DNA of 64,000 nucleotides from the human T2T-CHM13v2.0 reference genome, Homo sapiens. The stretch lies in assembly GCF_009914755.1 (NCBI RefSeq), contig NC_060933.1. One strand, written 5' to 3'. This document shows, one piece after another, positions 1 to 12,900 of this stretch (the first letter of the stretch is position 1; each line of letters opens with the position of its first letter). A model generated the notes under the pieces. The model saw only the letters and a list, made by a program, of their open reading frames with translations, was not told where the DNA came from and did no database searches. The position numbers and the translations under genes were made by a program.

Positions 1-3000
1 ATTCCATTCCATTCCATTCCATTCCATTGCTCACGGGTTCATTCCATTCCATTCCATTCCATTCCATTCCATTCCATTCCATGCCATTCCACTCGGGTTG
101 ATTCCATTCCTTTCCATTCCATTCGAGTTGAACAAATTCCATTCCATTCCATTCCATTCCATTCCATTCCATTGCTCACGGGTTCATTCCATTCCATTCC
201 ATTCCATTCCATTCCATTTCGTTCCATTCCATTCTACTCCGTACCATTCCATTCCATTCCATTCCCTTCCATGCCATTTCACTCGGGATTATTCCTTTCC
301 TTTCCAATCCATTCGGGTTGAATCCATTCCATTCCATTCCTTTGCATTCCATTCCATTCCATTCCCCTGTAATCGGGTGGATTCCATTCTATTCCATTGC
401 ATTCCATTCCATTCCATTCCATCCCATTCCATTCAATTTCGTTCCATTCCATTCTATTCCGTACCTTTCCATTCCATTCCATTCCACTTCACTCCATGCC
501 ATTCCACTCGGGTTTATTCCATTCCTTTCCATTCCATTCGGGTTGAATCCATTCCATTCCATTCCATTCCATTCGATTCCATTACTTTGCACTCGGATTG
601 ATTCCATTGCATTCCATTCCATTACATTCCATTGCATTCCATTCCATTCCATTCCCCTGCACTCAGGTTGATTCCATTCGATTCCTTTCCATTCCATTCC
701 ATTCGGGTTGTTTCCATTCCATTCCATTCCATTCCACTCCATTCCATTGCAATCGGGTTGATTCCATTCCATTCCATTGCATTCCATTCCATTCCATTCC
801 ATTCCGTATGATTCCATTCCATTGCATTCCATTCCATTCCATTCCCCTGCACTCGGTTGGATTACATTCTATTCCATTCCATTCCATTCCATTCCATTCC
901 ATTCCATTCCATTCTATTCGGGTTAATTTCATTCCATTCCATTCCATTCCCTTCCATTCCATTCCATTCCATTCCATTCCATTGAAATCGAGTTGATTCC
1001 ATTGCATTCCATTCCATTCCATTCCATTCCATTCCATTCTATTCGGGTTAATTCCATTCCATTCCATTCCATTCCATTCCCTTCTATTCCATTCCATTCC
1101 ATTCCATTCCATTCTATTAGGGTTAATTCCATTCCATTCCATTCCATTCCATTCCATTCCATTCCATTCCACTCCATTCCATGCCATTCCACTCGGGTTT
1201 ATTCCATTCCTTTCCATTCCATTTGGGTTGAATCCATTCCATTCCATTCCATTCCATTCCATTCCATTCCATTCCATGCCATTTGCACTCGGGTTGATTC
1301 CATTCCTTTCCATTCCATTCGAATTGAACCCATTCCATTCCATTCCATTCCATTCCATTCCATTCCATTCCATTCAATTGCTCACGGGTTCATTCCATTC
1401 CATTCCATTCCATTCCATTCCATTCCATTCCATTCCATTCAATTGCTCACGGGTTCATTCCATTCCATTCCATTCCATTCCATTCCATTCCATTTCGTTC
1501 CATTCCATTCTACTCCGTACCATTCCATTCCATTCCATTCCCTTCCATGCCATTTCACTCGGGTTTATTCCATTCCTTTCCATTCCATTCGGGTTGAATC
1601 CATTCCATTCCATTCCATTCCATTCCATTCCATTCCATTGCGCTCGGGTTGATTCCATTCCATTCTATGCCATTCCATTTCATTCCATTCCATTCCATTC
1701 CATTCAATTCCATTCCATTCCATTCCATTCCTTTCCTTTCAATTCCATTCCATTACATTCGGATTGATTCTTTTTAATTCCCTTACACTCCATTCCATTC
1801 CATTCCATTCGGGTACTTTCCATTCCATTCCATTCCATTCCACTGCATTCTATTGCACTCGCGTTGATTGATTCCATTCCATTGCATTCCATTCCATTCC
1901 ATTCCATTCCATTCCATACCATTCCATTCCATTCTGTTCAGGTTAATTCCATTCCATTCCGTTCCCTTCCATTCCATTCCATTCCATTCCATCCCATTGC
2001 AATCGAGGTGATTCCATTGCATTCCATTCCATTCCATTCCATTGCACTCCATTCCATTCCATTCCCCTGCACTCAGATTGATTCCATTCCATTCCTTTCC
2101 ATTCCATTCCTTTCCATTCGTTTCCATTCCATTCTATTTGCGTTAATTCCGTTCCATTCCATTCCATTACATTCCTTTGCAATCGAGTTGATTCCATTCC
2201 ATTCCGTTCCATTCCATTCCATTCCATTCCATTCCATGCCATTCCACTCGGGTTGATTCCATTCCTTTCCATACCATTCGAGTTGAATCCATTCCATTCC
2301 ATTCCATTCCATTCGATTCCATTCCATTGCTCACGTGTTCATTCCATTCCATTCCATTCCATTTCGTTCCATTCCATTCTCTTCCGTAGTATTCCATTCC
2401 ATTCCATTCCAATCCATTCCATGCCATTCCACTCGGGTTTATTCCATTCCTTTCCATTCCATTCGGGTTGAATTCATTCCATTCCATTCCATTCCATTCC
2501 ATTCAATTCCATTACATTGCACTCGGGTTGATTCCATTCCATTCCATTCCATTTCAATCCATTCCCTTCCATTCCATTTCATTCCATTCCATTCCATTCC
2601 ATTCCATTCCATTCCATTCCTTTCCATTCCATTCCATGCCATTCCACTCGGTTTGATTCCATTCCTTTCCATTCCATTCTAGTTGAACCCATTCCATTCC
2701 ATTCCATTCCATTCCATTCCATTCCATTCCATTCCATTGCACACGGGTTCATTCCATTCCATTCCATTCCATTCCATTCCATTCCATTCCATTTCGTTCC
2801 ATTCCATTCTATTCCTTACCATTCCATTCCATTCCATTCCCTTCCATGCCATTTCACTCGGGTTTATTCCATTCCTTTCCATTCCATTCGGGTTGAATCC
2901 ATTCCATTCCATTCCATTCTATTTCATTGAACTCAGGTTGATTCCATTCCATTCCATGCCATTCCATTTCATTCCATTCCACTCCATTCCATTCCATTCC

Positions 3001-5149
3001 ATTCCATTCCGTTCCCTTCCATTCCATTACATTCGGATTGATTCTTTTTAATTCCCTTACACTCCATTACATTCCTTTCCATTCGGGTACTTTCCATTCC
3101 ATTCCATTCCATTCCACTGCATTCTATTGCACTCGGGTTGATTGATTCCATTCCATTGCATTCCATTCCATTCCATTCCCCTGCACTCGGGTTGATCCCA
3201 TTCCATTGCATTCCATTCCATTCCATTCCATTCCATTCCGTTCCATTCCATTCCATTCCATTCTCTTCAGCTTAATTCCATTCCATTCCATTCCCTTCCT
3301 TTCCGTTCCATTCCATTCCATTCCATTCTGTTCAGGTTAATTCCATTCCATTCCATTCCCTTCCATTCCATTCCATTCCATTCCATCCCATTGCAATCTA
3401 GTTGATTCCATTGCATTCCATTCCATTCCATTCCATTCCATTGCATTCCATTCCATTCCATTCTCCTGCACTCAGATTGATTCCATTCCATCCCATTCCA
3501 TTCCATTCCGTTCCATTCCATTCCATTCCATTCTATTCGCGTTAATTCCATTCCATTCCATTCCATTACATTCCATTGCAATCGAGTTGATTCCATTCCA
3601 TTCCGTTCCATTCCATTCCATTCCATTCCATTTCATTCCATTCCATTCTATTCTGTACCATTCCATTCCATTCCATTCCATTCCATTCCATTCCATGCCA
3701 TTCCACTCGGGTTGATTCCATTGCTTTCCATTCCATTTGGGTTGGATCCAATCCATTCCATTCCATTCCATTCCATTCCATTCCATTCCATTTCATTCCA
3801 TTCCATTCCATTCCATTCCATTGCACTAGGTTTGATTCCATTCCACTGCATTCCATTCCATTCCATTCCGTTCCATTCCATTCCATTACATTCGGATTGA
3901 TTGTATTCAATTCCCTTACACTCCATTACATTCCATTCCATTCGGGTTGTTTCCATTCCATTACATTCCATTCCACTCCATTCCATTGCACTCAGGTTGA
4001 TTCCATTCCATTCCATTCCATTCCATTCCATTACTTTCCATTCCATTCTATTCCGTACCATTCCATTCCATTCCATTCCATTCCATTCCATGCGATTCCA
4101 CTCAGGTTTATTCCATTCCTTTCCATTCCATTCGGGTTGAATCCATTCCATTCCATTCCATTCCATTCCATTCCATTCCATTCCTTTGCACTCGGGTTGA
4201 TTCCATTCCATTCCCTGCCATTCCATTTCATTCCATTCCATTCCATTCCATTCCATTCCATTCCATTCCATTCCACTGCATTCTATTGCACTCGGGTTGA
4301 TTGATTCCATTCCATTGCATTCCATTCCATTCCATTCCATTCCATTCCATTCTGTTCAGGTTAATTCCATTCCATTCCATTCCCTTCCATTCCATTCCAT
4401 TCCATTCCATCCCATTGCAATCGAGGTGATTCCATTGCATTCCATTCCATTCCATTCCATTGCATTCCATTCCATTGCATTCCCCTGCACTCAGATTGAT
4501 TCCATTCCATTTCTTTCCATTCCATTACGTTCCATTCCTTTCCATTCCATTCTATTTGCGTTAATTCCGTTCCATTCCATTCCATTACATTCCTTTGCAA
4601 TCGAGTAGATTCCATTCCATTCCGTTCCATTCCATTCCATTCCATTCCATGCCATTCCACTCGGGTTGATTCCATTCCTTTCCATTCCATTCGAGTTGAA
4701 TCCATTCCATTCCATTCTATTCCATTCGATTCCATTCAATTGCTCACGTGTTCATTCCATTCCATTCCATTGCATTCCATTCCATTCCATTTCGTTCCAT
4801 TCCATTCTCTTCCGTAGTATTCCATTCCATTCCATTCCACTCCATTCCATGCCATTCCACTCGGGTTTATTCCATTCCTTTCCATTCCATTCGGGTTGAA
4901 TTCATTCCATTGCATTCCATTCCATTCCATTCAATTCCATTACATTGCACTCGGGTTGATTCCATTCCATTCCATTCCATTTCAATCCATTCCCTTCCAT
5001 TCCATTTCATTCCCTTGCTTTCCATTCCATTCCATTCCATTCCATTCCATGCCATTCCACTCGGGTTGATTCCATTCCTTTCCATTCCATTCTAGTTGAA
5101 CCCATTCCATTCCATTCCATTCCATTCCATTCCATTCCATTGCACACGG
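1..5149 (-). repeat. Satellite III (HSat3) array, left arm; ATTCC on + strand (G-rich strand on -)
   Basis: Continuous (ATTCC)n with interspersed ACTCGGGTTG/ATTCGGGTTG 10-mers (e.g. 91-100, 311-320), the classical satellite III signature. Continues off the left edge. Confidence 0.97.
1840..5149. repeat. Direct ~0.9 kb duplication in the left arm: ~1840-2746 and ~4272-5149
   Basis: Collinear rare landmarks at ~2.4 kb offset: tctatttgcgttaa ~2133/4551, tgctcacgtgttc 2328/4741, ctcttccgtagt ~2379/4807, tagttgaaccc ~2680/5093, tgcacacgg 2738/5141. Confidence 0.85.
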
Positions 5150-5166
5150 AATGGAATGGAATGGAA
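5120..5166. other. Inversion (strand-switch) junction within the satellite
   Basis: ...ttccattcc-attgcacac-ggaatggaa...: the orientation flips within 9 nt with no foreign sequence. GG at 5148-5149 can be assigned to either arm. Confidence 0.95.
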
Positions 5167-8100
5167 ACAACCCGAATGGAATGGAATGTATTGGAGTGTA
5201 AGGGAATTGAATACAATCAATCCGAATGTAATGGAATGGAATGGAACGGAATGGAATGGAATGGAATGCAGCGGAATGGAATCAAACCTAGGGCAATGGA
5301 ATGAAATGGAATGGAATGGAATGGAATGGAATGGATTGGATTCAACCCAAATGGAATGGAAAGCAATGGAATCAACCCGAGTGGAATGGCATGGAATGGA
5401 ATGGAATGGAATGGAATGGAATGGAATGGAATGGTACAGAATAGAATGGAATGGAACGAAATGGAATGGAATGGAATGGAATGGAACGGAATGGAATGGA
5501 ATCAACTCGATTGCAATGGAATGTAATGGAATGGAATGGAATGGAATTAACGCGAATAGAATGGAATGGAATGTAATGGAACGGAATGGAATGGAATGGG
5601 ATGGAATGGAATCAATCTGAGTGCAGGGGAATGGAATGGAATGGAATGCAATGGAATGGAATGGAATGGAATGGAATGCAATGGATTCAACTAGATTGCA
5701 ATGGGATGGAATGGAATGGAATGGAATGGAATGGAATGGAATGGAATTAACCTGAACAGAATGGAATGGAATGGAATGGAACGGAATGGAATGGAATGCA
5801 ATGGAATGGGATCAACCCGAGTGCAGGGGAATGGAATGGAATGGAATGCAATCTAATGGAATCAATCAACCCGAGTGCAATAGAATGCAGTGGAATGGAA
5901 TGGAATAGAATGGAAAGTACCCGAATGGAATGGAATGTAATGGAGTTTAAGGGAATTAAAAAGAATCAATCCGAATGTAATGGAATGGAATTGAAAGGAA
6001 AGGAATGGAAAGGAATGGAATGGAATGGAACGGAATGAAATGGAATGGCATAGAATGGAATGGAATCAACCCGAGCGCAATGGAATGGAATGGAATGGAA
6101 TGGAATGGATTCAACCCGAATGGAATGGAAAGGAATGGAATAAACCCGAGTGAAATGGCATGGAAGGGAATGGAATGGAATGGAATGGTACGGAGTAGAA
6201 TGGAATGGAACGAAATGGAATGGAATGGAATGGAATGAACCCGTGAGCAATGGAATGGAATGGAATGGAATGGAATGGAAGGGAATGGAATGGGTTCAAT
6301 TCGAATGGAATGGAAAGGAATGGAATCAACCCGAGTGCAATGGCATGGAATGGAATGGAATGGAATGGAATGGAATGGACTCAACCCGAATGGAATGGAA
6401 AGGAATGGAATAATCCCGAGTGGAATGGCATGGAATGGAGTGGAATGGAATGGAATGGAATGGAATGGAATGGAATGGAATGGAATTAACCCTAATAGAA
6501 TGGAATGGAATGGAATGGAATGGAATGGAATGGAATGGAATGGAAGGGAATGGAATGGAATGGAATGGAATGGAATTAACACGAATAGAATGGAATGGAA
6601 TGGAATGGAATGGAATGGAATGGAATGGAATGGAATCAACTCGATTTCAATGGAATGGAATGGAATGGAATGGAATGGAATGGAAGGGAAGGGAATGGAA
6701 TGAAATTAACCCGAATAGAATGGAATGGAATGGAATGGAATGGAATGGAATGGAATGGAATGGAATGGAATAGAATGGAATCCAACCGAGTGCAGTGGAA
6801 TGGAATGGAAAGGAATGCAATGGAATGGAATCATACGGAATGGAATGGAATGGAATGGAATGGAATGAAATGGAATGGAATGCAATGGAATGGAATGGAA
6901 TCAACCCGATTGCAATGGAATGGAGTCGAATGGAATGGAATGGAATGGAAACAACCCGAATGGAATGGAATGTAATGGAGAGTAAGGGAATTGAATAGAA
7001 TCAATACGAATGTAATGGAATAGAATGGAACGGAATGGAATGCAATGGAATGGAATGGAATGCAATGGAATGGGATCAACCCGAGTGAAATGGAATGGAA
7101 TCGAAAGGAATGGAATGGAATGGAATGGTTTCAACCCGAATGGAATGGAAAGGAATGGAATCAACCCGAGTGGAATGGAATGGAATGGAATGGAATGGAA
7201 TGGAATGGGTTCAACTCGAATGGAATGGAAAAGAATGGAATCAACCCGAGTGGAAAGGCATGGAATGGAATGGAATGGAATGGAATGGAATGGAATGGAT
7301 TCAACCCGAATGGAATGGAAGGGAATGGAATAAACCCGAGTGGAATGGCATGGAATGGAGTGGAATGGAATTGAATGGAAGGGAATGGTACGGAATAGAA
7401 TGGAATGGAACGAAATGGAATGGAATGGAATGGAATGGAATGGAATGGAATGGAATGAACCCGTGTGCAATTGAATGGAATCGAATGGAATGGAATGCAA
7501 TGGAATGGATTCAACTAGAATGGAATGGAAAGGAATGGAATCAACCCGAGTGGAATGGCATGGCATGGAATGGAATGGAATGGAATGGAAAGGAATGGTA
7601 CGGAATAGAATGGAATGGAAGGAAATGGAATGGAATGGAATGGAATGGAAAGGAATGGAATGGAATAGAATGGAATCCACCCGATTGCAGGGGAATGGAA
7701 TGGAATGGAATGGAATGGAATGGAATGGAATGGAATGGATTCAACCCGAATGGAATGGAAAGGAATGGAATAAACCCGAGTGGATTGGCATGGAATGGAA
7801 TGGAATGGAATGGAATGGTAGGGAATAGAATGGAATGGAACGAAATGGAATGGAATGGAATGGAATGGAATGGAATGGAATGGAATGGAATGGAATGGAA
7901 TCAACCTGAGTGCAATGGAATGGAGTGGAAGGGAATGTAATGGAACGAAAACAACACGAATGGAATGGAATGTAATGGAGTGTAAGGGAATTGAATACAA
8001 TCAATCCGAATGTAATGGAATGGAATGGAACGGAATGGAATGGAATGCAATGGAATGGAATGGAATGGAATGAAATGGAACGGCAGGGAATGGAATGGAA

Positions 8101-9974
8101 TCAACCCGAGTGCAATGGAATGGAATGGAATGGAATGGAATGGAATGGAATGGATTCAACCCGAATGGAATGGAAAGGAATGGAATAAACCCGAGTGGAA
8201 TGGCATGGAATGGAAAGGAATGGAGTGGAATGGAATGGTACGGAATAGAATGGAATGGAACGAAATGGAATGGAATGGAATGGAATGGAATGGAATGGAA
8301 TGGAATGGAATCAACCTGAGTGCAATGGAATGGAATGGAATGGAATGGAATGGAATGGAAACAACCCGAATGGAATGGAATGTAAAGGAGTGTAAGGAAT
8401 TGAATACAATCAATCCGAATGTAATGGAATGGAATGGAACAGAATGGAATGGAATGGAATGCAGTGGAATGGAATCAAACCTAGTGCAATGGAATGGAAT
8501 GGAATGGAATGGAATGGAATGGATTGGATTCAACCCAAATGGAATGGAAAGCAATAGAATCAACCCGAGTGGAATGGCATGGAATGGAATGGAATGGAAT
8601 GGAATGGAATGGAATGGTACGGAATAGAATGGAATGGAAAGAAATGGAATGGAATGGAATGGAATGTAACGGAATGGAATGGAATCAAATCGATTGCAAT
8701 GGAATGTAATGGAATGGAATGGAATTAACGCGAATATAATGGAATGGAATGGAATGGAACGGAATGGAATGGAATGGGATGGAATGGAATCAATCTGAGT
8801 GCAGGGGAATGGAATGGAATGGAATGCAATGGAATGGAATCTAATGGAATGGAATGCAATGGAATGGAATGGAATGGAATGGAATGCAATGGAATCAACT
8901 CGATTGCAATTGGATGGAAAGGAATGGAACGGAATGGAATGGAAGGGAATGGAATGGAATGGAATTAACCTGAACAGAATGGAATGGAATGGAATGGAAC
9001 GGAATGGAATGGAATGGAATGGAATGGAATCAACCCGATTGCAATGGAATGGAGTGGAATGGAATGGAATGGAATGGAAACAACCCGAATGGAATGGAAT
9101 GTAATGGAGTGTAAGGGAATTGAATAGAATCAATCCGAATGTAATGGAATGGAATGGAATCGAAAGGAATGGAATGGAATGGAATGGTTTTAACCCGAAT
9201 GGAATGGAAAGGAATGGAATCATCCCGAGTGGAATGGAATGGAATGGAATGGAATGGAATGGAATGGAATGGAATGGAATTAACCCGTGTGCAATGGAAT
9301 GGAATCGAATGGAATGGAATGGAATGGAATGGATTCAAGTCGAATGGAATGGAAAGGAATGGAATCAACCCGAGTGGAATGGCATGGAATGGAATGGAAT
9401 GAAATGGAATGGAATGGAATGGAATGGTACGGAATAGAACGGAATGAAACGAAATGGAATGGAATGGAATGGAATGGAAAGGAATGGAATGGAATCAACC
9501 CGAGTGCAGGGGAATGGAATGGAATGGAAGGCAATGGAATGCAATCATCCAGAATTGAATGGAATGGAATGGAATGGAATGGAATCAACTCGATTGCAAT
9601 GGAATGTAATGGAATGGAATGGAATGGTATTAACCCTAATAGAATGGAATGGAATGGAATGGAAGGGAATGGAATGGAATGGAATGGAATGGAATTAACC
9701 GGAATAGAATGCAATGGAATGGAATGGAATGGAATGGAATGGAATGGAATGGAATGAAATGGAATCAACTCGATTTCAATGGAATGGAATGGAATGCAAT
9801 GGAATGGAATGGAATGGAATGAAATTAACCCGAATAGAATGGAATGGAATGGAATGGAATGGAATGGAATGGAATGGAATGGAATAGAGTGGAATGGAAT
9901 GGAATGGAATAGAATGGAATCCACCCGAGTGCAGGGGAATGGAATGGAATGGAATGCAATGGAATGGAATCATA

Positions 9975-12900
9975 CGGAATGGAATGGAATGGAATGGAAT
10001 GGAATCAACCTGATTGCAATGGAATGGAGTGGAATGGAATGGAAACAACCCGAATGGAATGGAATGGCATGGAGTGTAAGGGAAGTGAATAGAATCAATA
10101 CGAATGTAATGGAATGGAAAGGAACGGAATGGAATGCAATGGAATGGAATGGAATCCAATGGAATGGGTTCAACCCGAGTGCAATGGAATGGAATCGAAA
10201 GTAATGGAATGGAATGGAATGGATTCAACACCAATGGAATGGAAAGGAATGGAATCAACCCGAGTGGAATGGAATTTAATGGAATGGAATGGAATGGAAT
10301 GCAGTGAAATGGAATCAAACCTAGTGCAATGGAATGGAATGGAATGGAATGGAATGGAATGGATTAGATTCAACCCAAATGGAATGGAAAGCAATGGAAT
10401 CAACCCGAGTGGAATGGCATGGCATGGAATGGAATGGAATGGAATGGAATGGAAGGGTACGGAATAGAATGGAATGGAACGAAATGGAATGGAATGGAAT
10501 GGAATGGAATGGAATGGAATGGAATAGAATGGAATCCACCCGATTGCAGGGGAATGGAATGGAATGGAATGCAATGGAATGGAATGGAATGGATTCAACC
10601 CGAATGGAATGGAAAGGAAAGGAATAAACCCGAGTGAAATGGCATGGAAGGGAATGGAATGGAATGCAATGGTACGGAGTAGAATGGAATGGAACGAAAT
10701 GGAATGGAATGGAATGGAATGGAATGGAATTGGATGGAATGAACCCGTGAGCAATGGAATGGAATGGAATGGAATGGAATGGAATGGAATGGGTTCAACT
10801 CGAATGGAATGGAAAGGAATGGAATCAACCCGAGTGGAATGGCATGGAATGGAATGGAATGGAATGGAATGGAATGGAATGGAATGGATTCAACCCGAAT
10901 GGAATGGATTCAACCCGAATGGAATGGAAAGGAATGGAATAAACCCGAGTGGAATGGCATGGAATGGAGTGGAATGGAATGGAATGGAAGGGAATGGTAC
11001 GGAATAGAATGGAATGGAACGAAATGGAATGGAATGGAATGGAATGGAATGGAATGGAATGAACCCGTGTGCAATTGAATGGAATCGAATGGAATGGAAT
11101 GCAATGGAATGGATTCAACTAGAATGGAATGGAAAGGAATGGAATCAACTCGAGTGGAATGGCATGGCATGGAATGGAATGGAATGGAATGGAATGGAAT
11201 GGAAAGGTACGGAATAGAATGGAATGGAACGAAATGGAATGGAATGGAATGGAATGAATGGAATGGAATGGAATAGAATGGAATCCACCCGATTGCAGGG
11301 GAATGGAATGGAACGGAATGCAATGGAATGGAATGGAATGGATTCAACCCGAATGGAATGGAAAGGAATGGAATCAACCCGAGTGGAATGGCATGGAATG
11401 GAATGGAATGGAATGGAATGGAATGGTACGGAATAGAATGGAATGGAACGAAATGGAATGGAATGGAATGGAATGGAATGGAATGGAATGGAATCAACCT
11501 GAGTGCAATGGAATGGAGTGGAATGGAATGTAATGGAACGGAAACAACCCGAATGAAATGGAATGTAATGGAGTGTAAGGGAATTGAATACAATCAATCC
11601 GAATGTAATGGAATGGAATGGAACGGAACGGAATGGAATGGAATGGAATGGAATGGAATGGAATGGAATGAAATGGAATGGCAGGGAATGGAATGGAATC
11701 AACCCGAGTGCAAAGGAATGGAATGGAATGGAATGGAATGGAATGGAATGGAATGGATTCAACCCGAATGGAATGGAAAGGAATGTAATAAACCTGAGTG
11801 GAATGGCATGGAATGGAATGGAATGGAATGGAATGGTACGGAATAGAATGGAATGGAACGAAATGGAATGGAATGGAATGGAATGGAATGGAATCAACCT
11901 GAGTGCAATGGAATGGAGTAGAATGGAATGTAATGGAATGGAAACAACCCGAAAGGAATGGAAAGTAATGGAGTGTAAGGGAATTGAGTACAATCAGTAC
12001 GAATGTAATGGAATGGAATGGAACGGAATGGAATGGAATGGAAAGGAATGGAATCAACACGAGTGCAGGGGAATGGAATGGAATGGAATGCAATGGAATG
12101 GAATCATCCTGAATGGAATGGAATGCAATGGAATGGAATCAATCAACCCGAGTGCAATAGAATGCAGAGGAATGGAATGGAATGGAATGGAAACTACCCG
12201 AATGGAATGGAATGTAATGGAGTGTAAGGGAATTAAAAAGAATCAATCCGAATGTAATGGAATTGAACGGAAAGGAATGGAATGGAATGGAACGGAATGG
12301 AATGGAATGGAATGAAATGGAATGGCATGGAATGGAATGGAATCAACCCGAGTTCAATGGAATGGAATGGAATGGAATGGAATAGAATGGAATGGAATGG
12401 AATGGAATGGATTCAACCCGAATGGAATGGAAAGGAATGGAATAAACCCGAGTGAAATGGCATGGAAGGGAATGGAATGGAATGGAATGGTAAGGAATAG
12501 AATGGAATGGAACGAAATGGAATGGAATGGAATGGAATGGAATGGAATGGAATGGAATGGAATGGAATGAACCCGTGTGCAAAGGAATGGAATGGAATGG
12601 AATGGAATGGATTGGAATGGAATAGAATGGAATGGGTTCAACTGGAATGGAATGGAAAGGAATGGAATCAACCCGAGTGCAATGGAATGGAGTGGAATGG
12701 AATGGAATGGAATGGAATCAACCCGAGTGCAATGGAATGGAATGGAATGGAATGGAATGGAATGGAATGGAATGAATTCAACCCGAATGGAATGGAAAGG
12801 AATGGAATAAACCCGAGTGGAATGGCATGGAATGGAGTGGAATGGAATGGAATGGAATGGTACGGAAGAGAATGGAATGGAACGAAATGGAATGAAATGG

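Noticed and set aside
5134-5152. HSE created by the inversion junction (TTC...GAA facing)
   Set aside because: The last TTC (5135) and first GAA (5149) are 14 bp apart, out of the 5-bp HSE register, and the intervening units are degenerate.
5092-5620. ORFs crossing the inversion junction (IPFHS-to-MEWNG fusion peptides)
   Set aside because: A trivial consequence of joining two stop-poor repeats; no expression evidence.
10361-10372. DUX4-like site ggattagattca
   Set aside because: It mismatches the TGATTAGATTA-type consensus at both ends and occurs once per unit; chance-level.
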